A DNA stretch of 64,000 bases. Origin: Eledone cirrhosa. Taxonomy: Eukaryota. The notes under the pieces are model-generated. The model had not been told where the DNA came from. It was given only the letters and a program-made list of their open reading frames with translations, and ran no database searches. Where the stretch lies: contig OZ024742.1 in the NCBI GenBank assembly GCA_964016885.1, positions 209,188,001 to 209,252,000 on the forward strand, read 5' to 3'. The position numbers and the translations under genes were made by a program. How positions within the stretch are numbered: the first letter of the stretch is position 1; every line of letters begins with the position of its first letter. Positions 25,751 through 37,749 of this stretch are shown piece by piece.

Positions 25751-27749
25751 CTAATTGTAATACGTGACGTATTCTATTCTATAGCGATTAGGTCTTCAAA
25801 ATGTTTATTATAAACATACAGAATATTTTCGAATATTCTATGTCTATATTCACATATATATCGCTATTTCAGAGCATTTATTCCAATTTCTAATTTCTGC
25901 CGGACCGGCAACCGCTCTTTCAAACCAGTTCCTGTACACAGCTAAGTATTCTATAAGTCTCTAGCTGTGTCATTCTCGATAAAAGCACTGGATATGTAGT
26001 CCTGATGATTTCTAACAAGAATGAAACGCGTAGATTACTTCCCTTGCTTTTATCGAGAATCTAATTGTAATACGTGACGTATTCTATTCTATAGCGATTA
26101 GGTCTTCAAAATGTTTATTATAAACATACAGAATATTTTCGAATATTCTATGTCTATATTCACATATATATCGCTATTTCAGAGCATTTATTCCAATTTC
26201 TAATTTCTGCCGGACCGGCAACCGCTCTTTCAAACCAGTTCCTGTACACAGCTAAGTATTCTATAAGTCTCTAGCTGTGTCATTCTCGATAAAAGCACTG
26301 GATATGTAGTCCTGATGATTTCTAACAAGAATGAAACGCGTAGATTACTTCCCTTGCTTTTATCGAGAATCTAATTGTAATACGTGACGTATTCTATTCT
26401 ATAGCGATTAGGTCTTCAAAATGTTTATTATAAACATACAGAATATTTTCGAATATTCTATGTCTATATTCACATATATATCGCTATTTCAGAGCATTTA
26501 TTCCAATTTCTAATTTCTGCCGGACCGGCAACCGCTCTTTCAAACCAGTTCCTGTACACAGCTAAGTATTCTATAAGTCTCTAGCTGTGTCATTCTCGAT
26601 AAAAGCACTGGATATGTAGTCCTGATGATTTCTAACAAGAATGAAACGCGTAGATTACTTCCCTTGCTTTTATCGAGAATCTAATTGTAATACGTGACGT
26701 ATTCTATTCTATAGCGATTAGGTCTTCAAAATGTTTATTATAAACATACAGAATATTTTCGAATATTCTATGTCTATATTCACATATATATCGCTATTTC
26801 AGAGCATTTATTCCAATTTCTAATTTCTGCCGGACCGGCAACCGCTCTTTCAAACCAGTTCCTGTACACAGCTAAGTATTCTATAAGTCTCTAGCTGTGT
26901 CATTCTCGATAAAAGCACTGGATATGTAGTCCTGATGATTTCTAACAAGAATGAAACGCGTAGATTACTTCCCTTGCTTTTATCGAGAATCTAATTGTAA
27001 TACGTGACGTATTCTATTCTATAGCGATTAGGTCTTCAAAATGTTTATTATAAACATACAGAATATTTTCGAATATTCTATGTCTATATTCACATATATA
27101 TCGCTATTTCAGAGCATTTATTCCAATTTCTAATTTCTGCCGGACCGGCAACCGCTCTTTCAAACCAGTTCCTGTACACAGCTAAGTATTCTATAAGTCT
27201 CTAGCTGTGTCATTCTCGATAAAAGCACTGGATATGTAGTCCTGATGATTTCTAACAAGAATGAAACGCGTAGATTACTTCCCTTGCTTTTATCGAGAAT
27301 CTAATTGTAATACGTGACGTATTCTATTCTATAGCGATTAGGTCTTCAAAATGTTTATTATAAACATACAGAATATTTTCGAATATTCTATGTCTATATT
27401 CACATATATATCGCTATTTCAGAGCATTTATTCCAATTTCTAATTTCTGCCGGACCGGCAACCGCTCTTTCAAACCAGTTCCTGTACACAGCTAAGTATT
27501 CTATAAGTCTCTAGCTGTGTCATTCTCGATAAAAGCACTGGATATGTAGTCCTGATGATTTCTAACAAGAATGAAACGCGTAGATTACTTCCCTTGCTTT
27601 TATCGAGAATCTAATTGTAATACGTGACGTATTCTATTCTATAGCGATTAGGTCTTCAAAATGTTTATTATAAACATACAGAATATTTTCGAATATTCTA
27701 TGTCTATATTCACATATATATCGCTATTTCAGAGCATTTATTCCAATTT
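25751..27749 (+). repeat. Retrozyme-like 310-bp tandem array, right block (~6.4 units, opposite orientation)
   Basis: ctaattgtaa at 25751, 26061, 26371, 26681, 26991, 27301, 27611; ends at ttccaattt then (TA)n. Confidence 0.95.
25996..26038 (+). ncRNA. Minimal type-I hammerhead ribozyme (repeated every 310 bp)
   Basis: gtagtc CTGATGA t-ttct-aaca-agaa-t GAAA cgcg TA gattac; stem I extended by attctcgataaaagca/tgcttttatcgagaat. Confidence 0.88.
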
Positions 27750-27752
27750 ATA

Positions 27753-27798
<46 letters not shown>

Positions 27799-27871
27799 TA
27801 TATGTGTGTGTATATATATATGTGTATAAATATATATGTACATATATACATATATATATACACACACACAC

Positions 27872-27930
<59 letters not shown>

Positions 27931-27991
27931 CATGTATGTATATATATATATATATGTAAATATATATATATATATATATATATACATACAT

Positions 27992-28065
<74 letters not shown>

Positions 28066-28110
28066 ATATATATATGTATATATATATATGTATGTATATA
28101 TATATATATT

Positions 28111-28143
<33 letters not shown>

Positions 28144-28148
28144 TTATA

Positions 28149-28208
<60 letters not shown>

Positions 28209-29694
28209 GAATCATAGAACAAAACTTGTAAAATACAATTTAGAATATCATATTTCATTGAAGCATTTAATGACCTACGTAGTATGTAATATGGCTCAAA
28301 TTGAAAACAATCAATGTGTGCACGCGCCGTAATTAGTCGACAACAGCCATTGTCCGAAGAGCGATCATTTTGCTTAAACAGAATATCTTTTTTAATAATG
28401 TGCCTACTGCCAATGTTGGGTATTGACAACATATCTGAACCATTTTCATCCTTTCATTTTTTAATGAAAGTTTGGAAGAGAAATAAATGCAAGTTATAAA
28501 CTAAGCTTGTAAAGAAGTCCTTTTATCATTTTGGGGCTACGGAAGCATTCTTTAACAGAAGTCGGTATTAAAAAGATGGCGTTTTCTAGCCGTAGAATGT
28601 ACGCTAATGCATTACTTAATTATCCCCAAAAAATGAAAGGAATTTACCTAGGTGCGATTTGAATTTTGACCAAATTACATGCTGTTATGTATCGTATGCT
28701 CCTTTTATTTATATATTTAGTCATTATCTCGGTCAACGCTACCGATATAATTTCTAAGTTGTATCACATTCATTAAAAGCGATTGTACTGTATAGAGTGT
28801 TATTTAGGCTCTTTATAACTTCAGTAATTGGATTAATGCCCCTCCTGGCTTCTCAATTTTCTTTATTCTATTTCAACTCGCATAATATCAATGAACCCTT
28901 CGAAAAGATTTCACAATTTCATCTGCAATGGAACCAATTATTTACAAGCATAAACTTTATGCATTGGGGCCATTAGTAACGATGTTTACTTCTTACCGAT
29001 ATTTTCATTTAATGACAGTAATAATTGACATCTAGCCTTTGAAATAATGACGGCGAAACCAGTCTGCTATGAGTTGGCTGTAAACATTTCATTACCACAC
29101 TTGCTCTTAGCGTTTTTGGTTTCACTTCCCCTCTTTTTGATTTTCTTAAATGTTATTTAATTTCAGTTATTTTTTCTGTTTCTTTCCTTTTAACTTTCCT
29201 TTTAACTTTAACTCTTTCTCTATTCCTTTTGGCTACTTTTTTTACTCTTTTCCACTTTCTATTTATAATACATCTCTCGCCCTAGTCTTCACATGAACAT
29301 TTGCTGCACTAAGATTCCTCACCATTCTTTCCAGAGAAGACTTAAAATGTTTCAATTTTATTTGCACTTAGTTTGACAGTCAATTCCTTCAATACCTAGT
29401 CGTAGGCTTCTTCGCAACATCAAAGAAAAAAGAAATCGTCTTGTTGGTATTTCATATATCATCCGTATTCAGAAATACATAAAGCCCTACAGAGGAATTA
29501 TGATGAAAAGAATGTTACACAAAATACGATAGTTATATATTCATCTATACATGATGACATTTTAGTCTAAGACTTATTGTGGGATAAAATATAAGAAGTT
29601 TTCAACACCGTCTAAATGCATACATAGTCACAAACACGCATGGCACACATATTAACACATGTATTATACATATATATATATATATGTGTGTATA

Positions 29695-29771
<77 letters not shown>

Positions 29772-30019
29772 GATTGCACACACACCCATATGTATATATA
29801 TATAGATATATATATACAATACCCTATTGTTTCTGTCATAATGGCGTCAAAGTAATTATGATTGTATCTCTAATAAAATAAAGGCGACAATTTAATATTC
29901 TTGGAGATAGTCATTTCACTTTGAATTTAATTCTAAACTATTTCACAAATAAATATTATATACTTACAAATAACCAATTTAGGCTGTTAATTACATTTTT
30001 ATTTGCTCCAATAGTAATA

Positions 30020-30098
30020 ATAATTGTTTCTACTGTTGGCACAAGGCCAGCAATTATCCAGTGCATTACTGGTACTTCATTTTATCGACCCCGTAAGG
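30020..30098 (-). mobile_element. SINE 3' fragment
   Basis: Matches the repeat at 53525, 56640 and 63336 (ccttacggggtcgataaaat..gtaccagtaatgcactgg). Confidence 0.75.
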
Positions 30099-30196
30099 GA
30101 AACAAAAGGAAAGAGAGAATAGGGAAATATAGAGAAAAAAGAGAGGAAGAAAGAAGAAAAAGAACGGGAAGAGGAGGGGATGCCAAGAGTTCTGAT

Positions 30197-30798
30197 GTCA
30201 CAGAAGAGAGGGGAGGGGTGAAGGGAAGGGTGATTCGGCTTTGGGCCTAGGACAGAAGGAGGAAGGTGATTCGGTTTTGGGCAGAAGTGCTGCGCCCCCG
30301 AGACAAGTCGGCAAAAGCATTCCTGCAGGGCGATGACCAGAGACACCCGCTGCAACAGCCACCCAACATCGCGCGGCTCCCTCCTCAGACAGACCGGCGA
30401 CGCTCCGAACTTGCGGAGGAACTCGGCAGTGCGGGGTCCATTACGCCTGAGGCGACCGGTGCGAAGAGGAAGCGCCCTGATAAACCCCGGTATTTGTTTA
30501 TTTTACGTTCTTCTGCGAGGCGGACCACGATGCCAAGGTTTGTGGCCGAAGCGAGCCTGAGTTGGAGGCGGAGAACGAATCGCAGTAGGTGGCGTCCCTC
30601 GAATGGGAAGAGGGTGATTCCTTCGGGGGAACCGGCTTGCACTCTGGCGGCAAGACAGAGGGTGCAGGCCGAACTTGTCAACAACAGCCCCGCGGCGCCA
30701 TTTATGTGGCTCATGTTGGGTAAAAACATCAAATATAGCAATCGACGCAAATCGTCATTACACTTAAGATAATACTACAATACAAATATATCGTTACA
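30197..30798. repeat. GC-rich segment, possible solo LTR
   Basis: Bounded by TGTCAC...GTTACA; AATAAA on the minus strand at ~30500; no TSD found. Confidence 0.3.
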
Positions 30799-31060
30799 TA
30801 TTGCTTCTATCTTTAGCGTATATATCTATATTATAATAGAGGGAGGATTGAGGGACAGCGTCCAGAATATATTTTTTTAATCCCGTTAGTAAAATATGCT
30901 GGATTATTTTGAATAGATATTGAATGAATATTACATAATTTATCTACTCAATTTCGTAACAAATGATTAATCATAAATAATTTTAATGCATATTTCAAGA
31001 TTCACTTCTTTTAAAGGATTCAAATTTCAATACTTCCGGTACATCGCCACCGCCACCACC

Positions 31061-31091
<31 letters not shown>

Positions 31092-31181
31092 GAGAGAGAG
31101 GGAGAGAGTGTGTGAAGAGAGACATACAAAGTGACTATGTGACAGATATATGTATATATATAATTGTCTGAATTTGAGCTA

Positions 31182-31259
31182 ACTTCCTGAAGAATCCGAA
31201 GCTCCAGATATCCAATGTTATCGGATGTCTTAAAATGCGGATGAAACCATGGTAGAGAT
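31182..31259 (+). ncRNA. Type-I hammerhead ribozyme with branched stem II
   Basis: acttc CTGAAGA atccg..cggat GAAA ccatgg TA gagat. Confidence 0.8.
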
Positions 31260-31616
31260 AAGTAAATATGTACACTTTTCTTCTAGTTTATTTTACACCT
31301 AATTCTGTTTAGTTGACTGTATATCTGGTCGATTTATACATGCAGTAGAAATATTCGATAAATAATCCGTCGTAGCCGCCGCGAAGGGGCTGCTTTCGGT
31401 TATTTGTCGGAGATTTCTTCATAGGAGCCTTTATTCTTATAGCTTGGTCTAATTGATTTTTTATGTGGTTAATTATGCTAATTGGGAGAGGAAACGGTAT
31501 ATATTTTATCTGGTGATTTGATAGACATGTTTTAGGATATATAGCTCTGATTATTTAATTTATTAATTCTTCATTGAGCCACAAAGTGACCCGTTGCAAA
31601 ACACATATATATTTAT

Positions 31617-31738
<122 letters not shown>

Positions 31739-31944
31739 AAACCTTTATATGTAATAATCTCCCGTTAGGTTGAGATACAATTTTGGCTGTATTGGGCTGC
31801 GCTTTCTAGCAAAAAGCCTACCAGCCGTAAGCAACTAATCACATCCTTTCTAACTTGACCGCTGCCACGTCACGATTCTTAGCCATTTTTGAATGTATTC
31901 TTGGCGCGATCACTTTGGAAAATTAATTGTCTAAATTTGAGCTA

Positions 31945-32022
31945 ACTTCCTGAAGAATCCGAAGCTCCAGATATCCAATGTTATCGGATGTCTTAAAATG
32001 CAGATGAAACCATGGTAGAGGT
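31945..32022 (+). ncRNA. Type-I hammerhead ribozyme (second copy)
   Basis: acttc CTGAAGA atccg..cagat GAAA ccatgg TA gaggt. Confidence 0.78.
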
Positions 32023-32376
32023 ATTTAAATATGTACACTTTTCTTCTAGTTTATTTTACACCTAATTCTGTTTAGTTGACTGTATATCTGGTCGATTTAT
32101 ACATGCTGTAGAAATATTCGATAAATAATCCGTCGAAGCCGCCGCGAAGGGGCTGCTTTCCGTTATTTGTCGGAGATTTCTTCATAGGAGCCTTTATTCT
32201 TATAGCTTGGTCTAATTGATTTTTTATGTGGTTAATTATGCTAATTGGGAGAGGAAACGGTATATATTTTATCTGGTGATTCTATAGACATGTTTTATGA
32301 TATATATATATATATATATATATATATCATAAAATATTATTTATGATATATATATATCATAAAATATTATAGCAAC

Positions 32377-33775
32377 TTTCTGTTGCTTCACCATTTTGTT
32401 TGTTTACCCTCGCGTCCCCTTTATTTACGTGTCCCAACGACTTTTTTAGCCGTTGCTCGCACCAACCGGAGGTATATGGTCTTTAAAGCGATGAAATGCC
32501 TATGATGGTTGGAAGATCACTGATGAAGGACAAACTTTTTTCATATGTAACCCATTTGCAACTCCGCAGCGCCCTTATTATCATATTTACACATATTTTT
32601 TCCTCTGCTGCTACACCGTCTTTTTCGTTCTATGTATATTTACCCTTTCTAGCAGTCTCTCTCTCTCTGTTAGCCTCTTCGTCACCCTTCACTCACTCAT
32701 TCTCTGTCACTACCTCTCTTCCTCCTCTTTCTTCCCGTTTGACCTGTGTGCAATTCTTTTCTCTCGCACGCTCGGCCAAGCTGGTATGAATTTTTCTCTC
32801 TCTCGTCTACGATTTCACAGAACTTATGTTTACCGAATTCGCAGACCAGACCCCTTCTTCCTCCCGTTAGACCTGTGCGAAATTCCTTCCTTGCTCACAT
32901 TTCAACCAGGTTTGATGGTCTTTATTCTCTCGTTCACGATTTCACCGAATTTAAATTCATAGAAATCTGGGACTTGTCTCTTTCTTCCTCACTTTCTGTT
33001 GCTTCACCATTTTGTTTGTTTACCCTCGCGTCCCCTTTATTTACGTGTCCCAACGACTTTTTTTAGCCGTTGCTCGCACCAACCGGAGGTATATGATCTT
33101 TAGAGGGATGAAATACCTATGATAGTATGTAGACCACTGATGAAGGACAAACTTTTTTAATATGTAACCCATTTGCAACTCCGCAGCGCCCTTATCATAT
33201 TTACACATATTTTTTCCTCTGCTGCTACGCGTCTTTTTCGTTCTATGTATCTTTACTCTTTCTAGCAGTCTCTCTCTCTCTGTTAGCCTCTTCCTCACCC
33301 TTCACTCACTCATTCTCTGTCACTACCTCTCCTCCTCCTCTTTCTTCCCGTTTGACCTGTGTGTAACTCTTTTCTCTCGCACGCTCGACCAAGCTGGTAT
33401 GAATTTTTCTCTCTCTCGTCTACGATTTCACAGAACTTATGTTTACCGAATTCGCAGACCAGACCCCTTCTTCCTCCCGTTAGACCTGTGCGAAATTCCT
33501 TCCTTGCTCACATTTCAACCAGGTTTGATGGTCTTTATTCTCTCGTTCACGATTTCACCGAATTTAAATTCATAGAAATCTGGGACTTGTCTTTTTCTTC
33601 CTCACTTTATGTTGCTTCACCATTTTGTTTGTTTACCCTCGCGTCCCCTTTATATACGTGTCCCAACGACTTTTTTTAGCCGTTGCTCGCACCAACCGGA
33701 GGTATATGGTCTTTAAAGCGATGAAATGCCTATGATGGTTGGAAGATCACTGATGAAGGACAAACTTTTTTCATA
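32377..33775 (+). repeat. ~613-bp tandem repeat (~2.3 units)
   Basis: Duplicated spurious ORFs at 32746 and 33359; related inverted copy at 52400-52840. Confidence 0.85.
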
Positions 33776-33988
33776 TATATATATATATACATATGAAAAC
33801 AGGGAGAAAGAGACGATTATTAGGAAGAAAACATTTTTTTCTCCTTTTTTTTCCTTTCTCTCTTTTTTCTGGGTTAGAAAATGATTAAAACGAAATGTCT
33901 TACTTTGTGTGAAGTGTTAAGGTATTAGTTGATTTATTTATTACTTAACAATGGCATTTATTTATCTATTTATATATTTAATAATTGT

Positions 33989-34030
33989 CTATTACCGGTT
34001 TCAGCATTTTTATGCATTATCAAATGATAG
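33989..34030 (-). ncRNA. Hammerhead motif (U3-A8) in an AT-rich pLTR-like segment
   Basis: Minus strand: ctatcat TTGATAA tgcat-aaaa-atgct GAAA ccgg TA atag. Confidence 0.6.
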
Positions 34031-34258
34031 TGACATGTATTAGTGTAGAATGGTGGTGTCGCACATGTTAAAGAAATGGTGCAGAGAGAATAATGTTATT
34101 TACAAAAAAGCTTTATGAAGTGAAAAGAAAAAAGAAAAAAGAAAAAAATGGGCCTTAATGTAGACCATAAAAAGTCAATGTGAAAGAAAAATAATGTTAT
34201 TTACAGGCATAGATCTTGAAGTTAAGCAAATCAAAATGTGTTAATATAGCAAGGGTGC

Positions 34259-34700
34259 TTACTTGATCCATGATTCCATGCCTCCATCATGAAAGGTAGA
34301 AGCTAATTCTTTTTTAAACCGGTCGAGGTCGTGACCACTTTTATGGCTCGATAAGATCAGTCCATCGGCGCGGTATATTCCCGTGTGGAAGTCCGGGAAT
34401 CTAACACGTAATATGTCTAAAATAAATAGGCCCACCAAGTCACATACGTCAGCACTGTCAAACGATCCCATGGACACGCCGAATAGGTCTGAAGTTGTAG
34501 ACTACTTTGCCCAGGCTACTCCGTCGTTGAAGAGGAGGGTTTTCCGGCAGTGAGCAATGATTTCCCTGTCTAAACCATCGACGGTGGTGTAAGTGGTAGC
34601 AAAGTCCAACGCTTTGTTTAACAGGGTCTCTGAGATCGACGAATAAAAATCGACAATGTCAAACCGTGGTAACTTTAAAAAAGACTTAGCTTCTACCTTC
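34259..34700 (-). pseudogene. Naiad-like PLE RT core, inverted
   Basis: FDIVDFYSSI, MGSFDSADVCDLVG, IYRADGL (YRDD-like). Confidence 0.85.
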
Positions 34701-34759
34701 AATGAGTTAGGACTTAGGATAACAGTAGTTACCAACCTCTCAATTATATTCACAAGGAC

Positions 34760-35931
34760 TCATGCCACCCTCCCACTGTTTTTAGAAACTTCGTAAATAA
34801 TATCAGTACTAGAATCTCAAACCTCTCCTCGAATAAGGCTATCTTTGACAGGGCGGCACCCAACTATAACACGGCGTTAGTTAACAGCGGCTTCTCACAA
34901 CCTATCACTTACTCTCTCACTATCAACAACAGCAATAAGGAAAGAAAGCGCAACAATAGACAAACTATCTGGTTCTCTCCTCCATTCTCACTCAACGTTA
35001 AAACCAATGTAGGCAAAAGTTTCTAGCCCTCTTAGATAGACACTTTCCCATAGGTCATAAGTACCGCTCCATATTTAACCGACACAAAGTAAAACTAGAA
35101 TCCTCCTGCGCTAAGAGCATGAAGGCCCACATCACCAGCAGCCCTAGGAGCAACACCCCACCAGGGTGCTCTTGCCGTAAGCCCGAAGCTTGCCCAGTTC
35201 AATAGTAATGCAACACACCAGCTGTAATTTATGAAGCTGTGGTCATTTCCATCCAACCAAACCAACCACAGGAGGTCAAATCCTACGTTGGCATGGCGGA
35301 GGGCCGATTTAACGAACGTTTCCTGAACCACCAGTCGACCTTTAGTTACCCGGACAGACGTTCATCCACGAAACTCGCGAGCCACGTATGGTCCCTCAAG
35401 GACTCAAGTATAGACTACTCCATTCAATGGAAAGACGTCACTAAGTCCAAGCCATACGCAAGGGGAAATCCGTCGTGTGGACTGTGTATTGACAAAGGAA
35501 TAAATATTCTAAAGAGATTATGCAATAGTGATTGGCTAAACACGAGAAATGAATTTTTCACACGTTGTCCACACGTGTCGAAACACCTATTGCATAACTA
35601 CAAAGCTCCGGATTGAATGAATTGTTTTAACAACATCAATATTTTTTCTTATCAACTAAAAATATTTCGGACTTTCGCAGTTATCTCCATTACAACTCTC
35701 GCACGCATTTTAGTATTGCCTGTGTGAAGTGACGGGTTTCTGCGCATGCGCGTTCGTACGGTTGTCCTTCCTGTTCCGTATAACCATGCCCATTTCGAGC
35801 TGAGGATCCGCTAAGGTGAAACAATTGTTCTCGGTATGGTGAACTAACTGTTGTGTAACCACTTCTATCTAACTCGTCCCACGGACTGAGTGCTCTACCA
35901 CTGCGGATATTACCTTCCAGTGTTCTACCAC
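34760..35931 (+). mobile_element. Naiad-like PLE 3' part (thumb, GIY-YIG, pLTR)
   Basis: IWFSPPFS, YVGMAEGRFNERF..H, CGLC, CPH; pLTR ends at (TA)n. Confidence 0.85.
35796..35833 (+). ncRNA. Minimal type-I hammerhead ribozyme
   Basis: cgag CTGAGGA tcc-gctaa-ggt GAAA caattg TT ctcg. Confidence 0.75.
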
Positions 35932-36021
<90 letters not shown>

Positions 36022-36259
36022 AATGAAGAGATTGGGATGTTTTTCTACGTGCTGACGTGTATGTTTGTGCGTATGTGTATATGTGTGCGTATGTGTACGT
36101 GTGTGCGTATGTGCATGTACGTACATTACAAGCAGGTAATACACGCATCTAGGACCACATACAACACACAAGCAGGTAATACATACATCTAGGACCACAT
36201 ACAACAAAAGGCAGGCGAAAGGGGGGTGTACAATACGCGGGGAGTACAGGGAAACCTCT

Positions 36260-36700
36260 CTAATAATTTTTGAGGCAAGATAGTACACTCGCAGCGTTAC
36301 CTCGGGTGAAGGCGAGGCTGAGGTACTGGAACAACCAAGCGCCTTTACGAGCTTCACCAATTACCTCTGTTAGGCGAGCCGCCAGTGAAGATAAGAACCT
36401 CGCTGTCAGTAGCCCGACTTCCCCAAACGTCTCGAACGCCACAGGCTGGAAAATGTAGTTAGCCAACAAAACACGGTATTTTAGGATTTTGTTCTGTTCA
36501 GCTACGGAAGCTGTGGCACTCGCCCTTACTGCTGCATCCAGGATGTGGGAAGAAGCGAAATATTCACTAACTGCGATGTCCCAGGTAAGGCTTCTGCCTC
36601 TTGACCAGGAGCAGACAGTAACACCGTCAGGTCTTTTCCCATCAACTCTGGACAACTGAAACGGTTTCAAAATTGAGGGGATGTTCGCCCAGGCCAAAAC
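36260..36700 (-). mobile_element. 3' fragment of a CRE-like RLE LINE
   Basis: R.DGKRPDG.T..W..G..LTWD, K..KY, PVAFETFG, RGNAAS. Confidence 0.8.
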
Positions 36701-36959
36701 TCTTCAGTGGTAATAGGACAGTGTGTGTTTGTGCGCGCGCGTCAGTCTGTCGGCATTCTTAAATTAGAGAAGTGTGTGTGTTATATATATGTGTGCGTGT
36801 GTGTCATATATATGTGTGTGTATGTGTCACCGTTTTTAAGTTAGAGACAAATATGTGTGTATCCCCTTCTTTCCTTTTACACACACATACATTCATACAA
36901 ACACACACATTTTGTGACAGACGGATGGACAGAAGTCACTCAAATTTATATATATGTGA

Positions 36960-37580
36960 ATGGAGTTGCACTGAAGCAGATGCAGAAGTTAAAGTATCAT
37001 GAGTGATGGAAGGCAGGAGGCTGAATCAAGAATTGCAAAAGTTGATGCAGTAATGCGCCAGCTTCAACATTGAGTTAATCAGAAGAAGGGAGGTAGGTGT
37101 AAAAGTCAAACTCGCTGTCTTCCTCATATTTCTGCCAACCCTTACTGAGTGTCATGAATCTTGGGTAATAACCGAAAGAATACAATTGCAAATACAAACG
37201 GCAGAAATGGGGTTTCTCAGAAGGGTCTTTGGAGTAACGTGACTCGATAAAGGGCATAGCTCAGAGATCAGAGAGTCACTTCTGGTTGAGCCGCTACTTC
37301 TCCGGATTGAGAGATCACAGCTACGATACTATGTAGTTAGAATGTCTCGGAATGTCTCGGAAAAGAATCGCTGGACAGATTTTACAGGCAAAACCAACCA
37401 GCAAGAGATCCAGAGGTAGACTCCGAGCAAGATAGTTGGATAACATCCATGAGCTTGGCTGGTCACGCTTTGGGATCCAGCTGGATCAGTTAGAGATGTT
37501 TACTTCTGAGTAACTGGAAAGAGTGTTTGAGGAGGACTCTGCACCCACGACCTTCTCAGAAATAAGTGGGCGAAGAAGAT
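36960..37580 (+). mobile_element. Degenerate RTE-like LINE 3' fragment
   Basis: EPLLLRIERSQLRY and RSRGR-like motifs. Confidence 0.6.
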
Positions 37581-37749
37581 ATTGTCAATTTAATTTTCAA
37601 TTTACATATATCTATAAGCATATATATTTGCGTATAAAACCAATACGCACACTACATATGCTACCAGAAAACCGCCCAGCGGGCTGTTTTTCTGCTAGTG
37701 TGCTTAATCTAATCATCTTATTAGGCAAGTCGTTTTAGTACAGACATTA

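Noticed and set aside
24521-27749. CRISPR array or ordinary satellite
   Set aside because: No unique spacers or cas genes. One HHR per unit, the inversion and the TA flanks fit a retrozyme better.
29330-29570. Possible exon after a long pyrimidine tract
   Set aside because: Frames are short, interrupted by stops, and show no recognisable protein.
30266-30772. GC-rich ORFs on both strands
   Set aside because: No recognisable motifs; expected by chance in GC-rich DNA.
31368-31430. Opposite-strand hammerhead in the duplicated unit (ATGAAGA..GAAAgcagcc..ggcggcTA)
   Set aside because: Core position 3 is A without compensation, and stems I and II do not pair.
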